The position numbers and the translations under genes were made by a program. Shown here piece after piece: positions 15,975 to 16,543 of a stretch of DNA of 16,543 nucleotides. Every line of letters begins with the position of its first letter. The first letter of the stretch is position 1. The DNA is from Candidatus Bipolaricaulota bacterium (lineage in GTDB: Bacteria; Bipolaricaulota; Bipolaricaulia; UBA7950; UBA9294), in assembly GCA_040752575.1 (NCBI GenBank), contig JBFMGK010000009.1:29815-46357 (forward strand), read 5' to 3'. The notes below the pieces were generated by a model. That model saw nothing but the letters and a program-made list of their open reading frames with translations, searched no databases and was not told where the DNA came from.

Positions 15975-16543
15975 ACGACGTCGACCGAGAACTCGACGAC
16001 CTCGAGTGGCTGGACCGACTCCCAGGGTCGGTGGTACTCAAAGCGGAACCCTTGGGGTCCGAGGTCGATGGCCGTGTAGCGGAAGACGAAGAAGCCGCCC
16101 GACCCAAGGGCCTCCGAGTCCGAGCGGAACCCGAGTTCCTCGGTCTCTCGGAGGACGGCGTACTCGTAGGTCAGGACGTTCTCCCACACGTATCCCGTCG
16201 TCGGATTCCCGGACAGGATCACCATGAGACGATCTCCGACACGCAGCTCGATCCTCTCTCCGGTGTCGGCCTCGCTCACGAGACGATAGGCGCGGAGCGT
16301 CACGCCGCAGGACGTCGCCTCCGAAACACTGCGGCCGCGAAGCGCCCCCGGGGGAACAACGTCGATCGCCGCTACGAGGCGGCCGACGCTCGTCTCAACC
16401 CGGGCCTCGTACGCCCCGAGCGGGAGCGCGCCCCCCGCGATGTCGCGCAGGGCAAAGGCTCCGAGCCAGTTCGTGACGTCGACTTCCGGCGCGAAGTCCA
16501 GCTCGAACACCGTCTCGCCGGTCGCCGCGGCGAGTGTCAGCCG
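15971..16543 (-). CDS. Chagasin-family (I42) cysteine peptidase inhibitor domain fused to an FlgD-Ig-like domain; 5' end outside window
   Basis: Hallmark loops GNPTTGYVW, LGSGG, YHRPWE. The frame stays open to base 16543 (RLTLAAATGETVFE...). Confidence 0.88.
   Translation of the reverse strand, partial: RLTLAAATGETVFELDFAPEVDVTNWLGAFALRDIAGGALPLGAYEARVETSVGRLVAAIDVVPPGALRGRSVSEATSCGVTLRAYRLVSEADTGERIELRVGDRLMVILSGNPTTGYVWENVLTYEYAVLRETEELGFRSDSEALGSGGFFVFRYTAIDLGPQGFRFEYHRPWESVQPLEVVEFSVDVV

Overview
High-GC bacterial window with about 13 credible protein genes. I found no rRNA, tRNA, CRISPR array or intact mobile element. In order: a secreted hypothetical protein (76-930); a multi-PAS histidine kinase translationally coupled to a rubrerythrin-like protein; a secreted FlgD-Ig-like protein with a Cys-rich tail; an internalin-type LRR protein; an ATP-grasp enzyme and a 73-aa helical protein (both minus strand); a probable outer-membrane barrel; an FLVCR-like MFS transporter; RadC/JAB; and a right-hand module. 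That module is the most unusual part. It has a ~1300-aa secreted, Cys-rich mosaic protein ending in an archaemetzincin-like HEXXH/Cys4 peptidase motif with a long insertion, behind a structured ~300-nt leader with a uORF. It is followed by a secreted Ig-like/TPR partner and a convergent chagasin (I42) protease-inhibitor fusion cut by the window edge. Window-wide patterns: three genes look leaderless, all three convergent gene pairs share one CTAG stop/stop overlap, and a perfect G14-T-C14 palindrome precedes the first gene. The protein styles suggest an uncultured lineage such as Bipolaricaulota; that is an impression, not a search result. All family calls come from motif recognition by eye.
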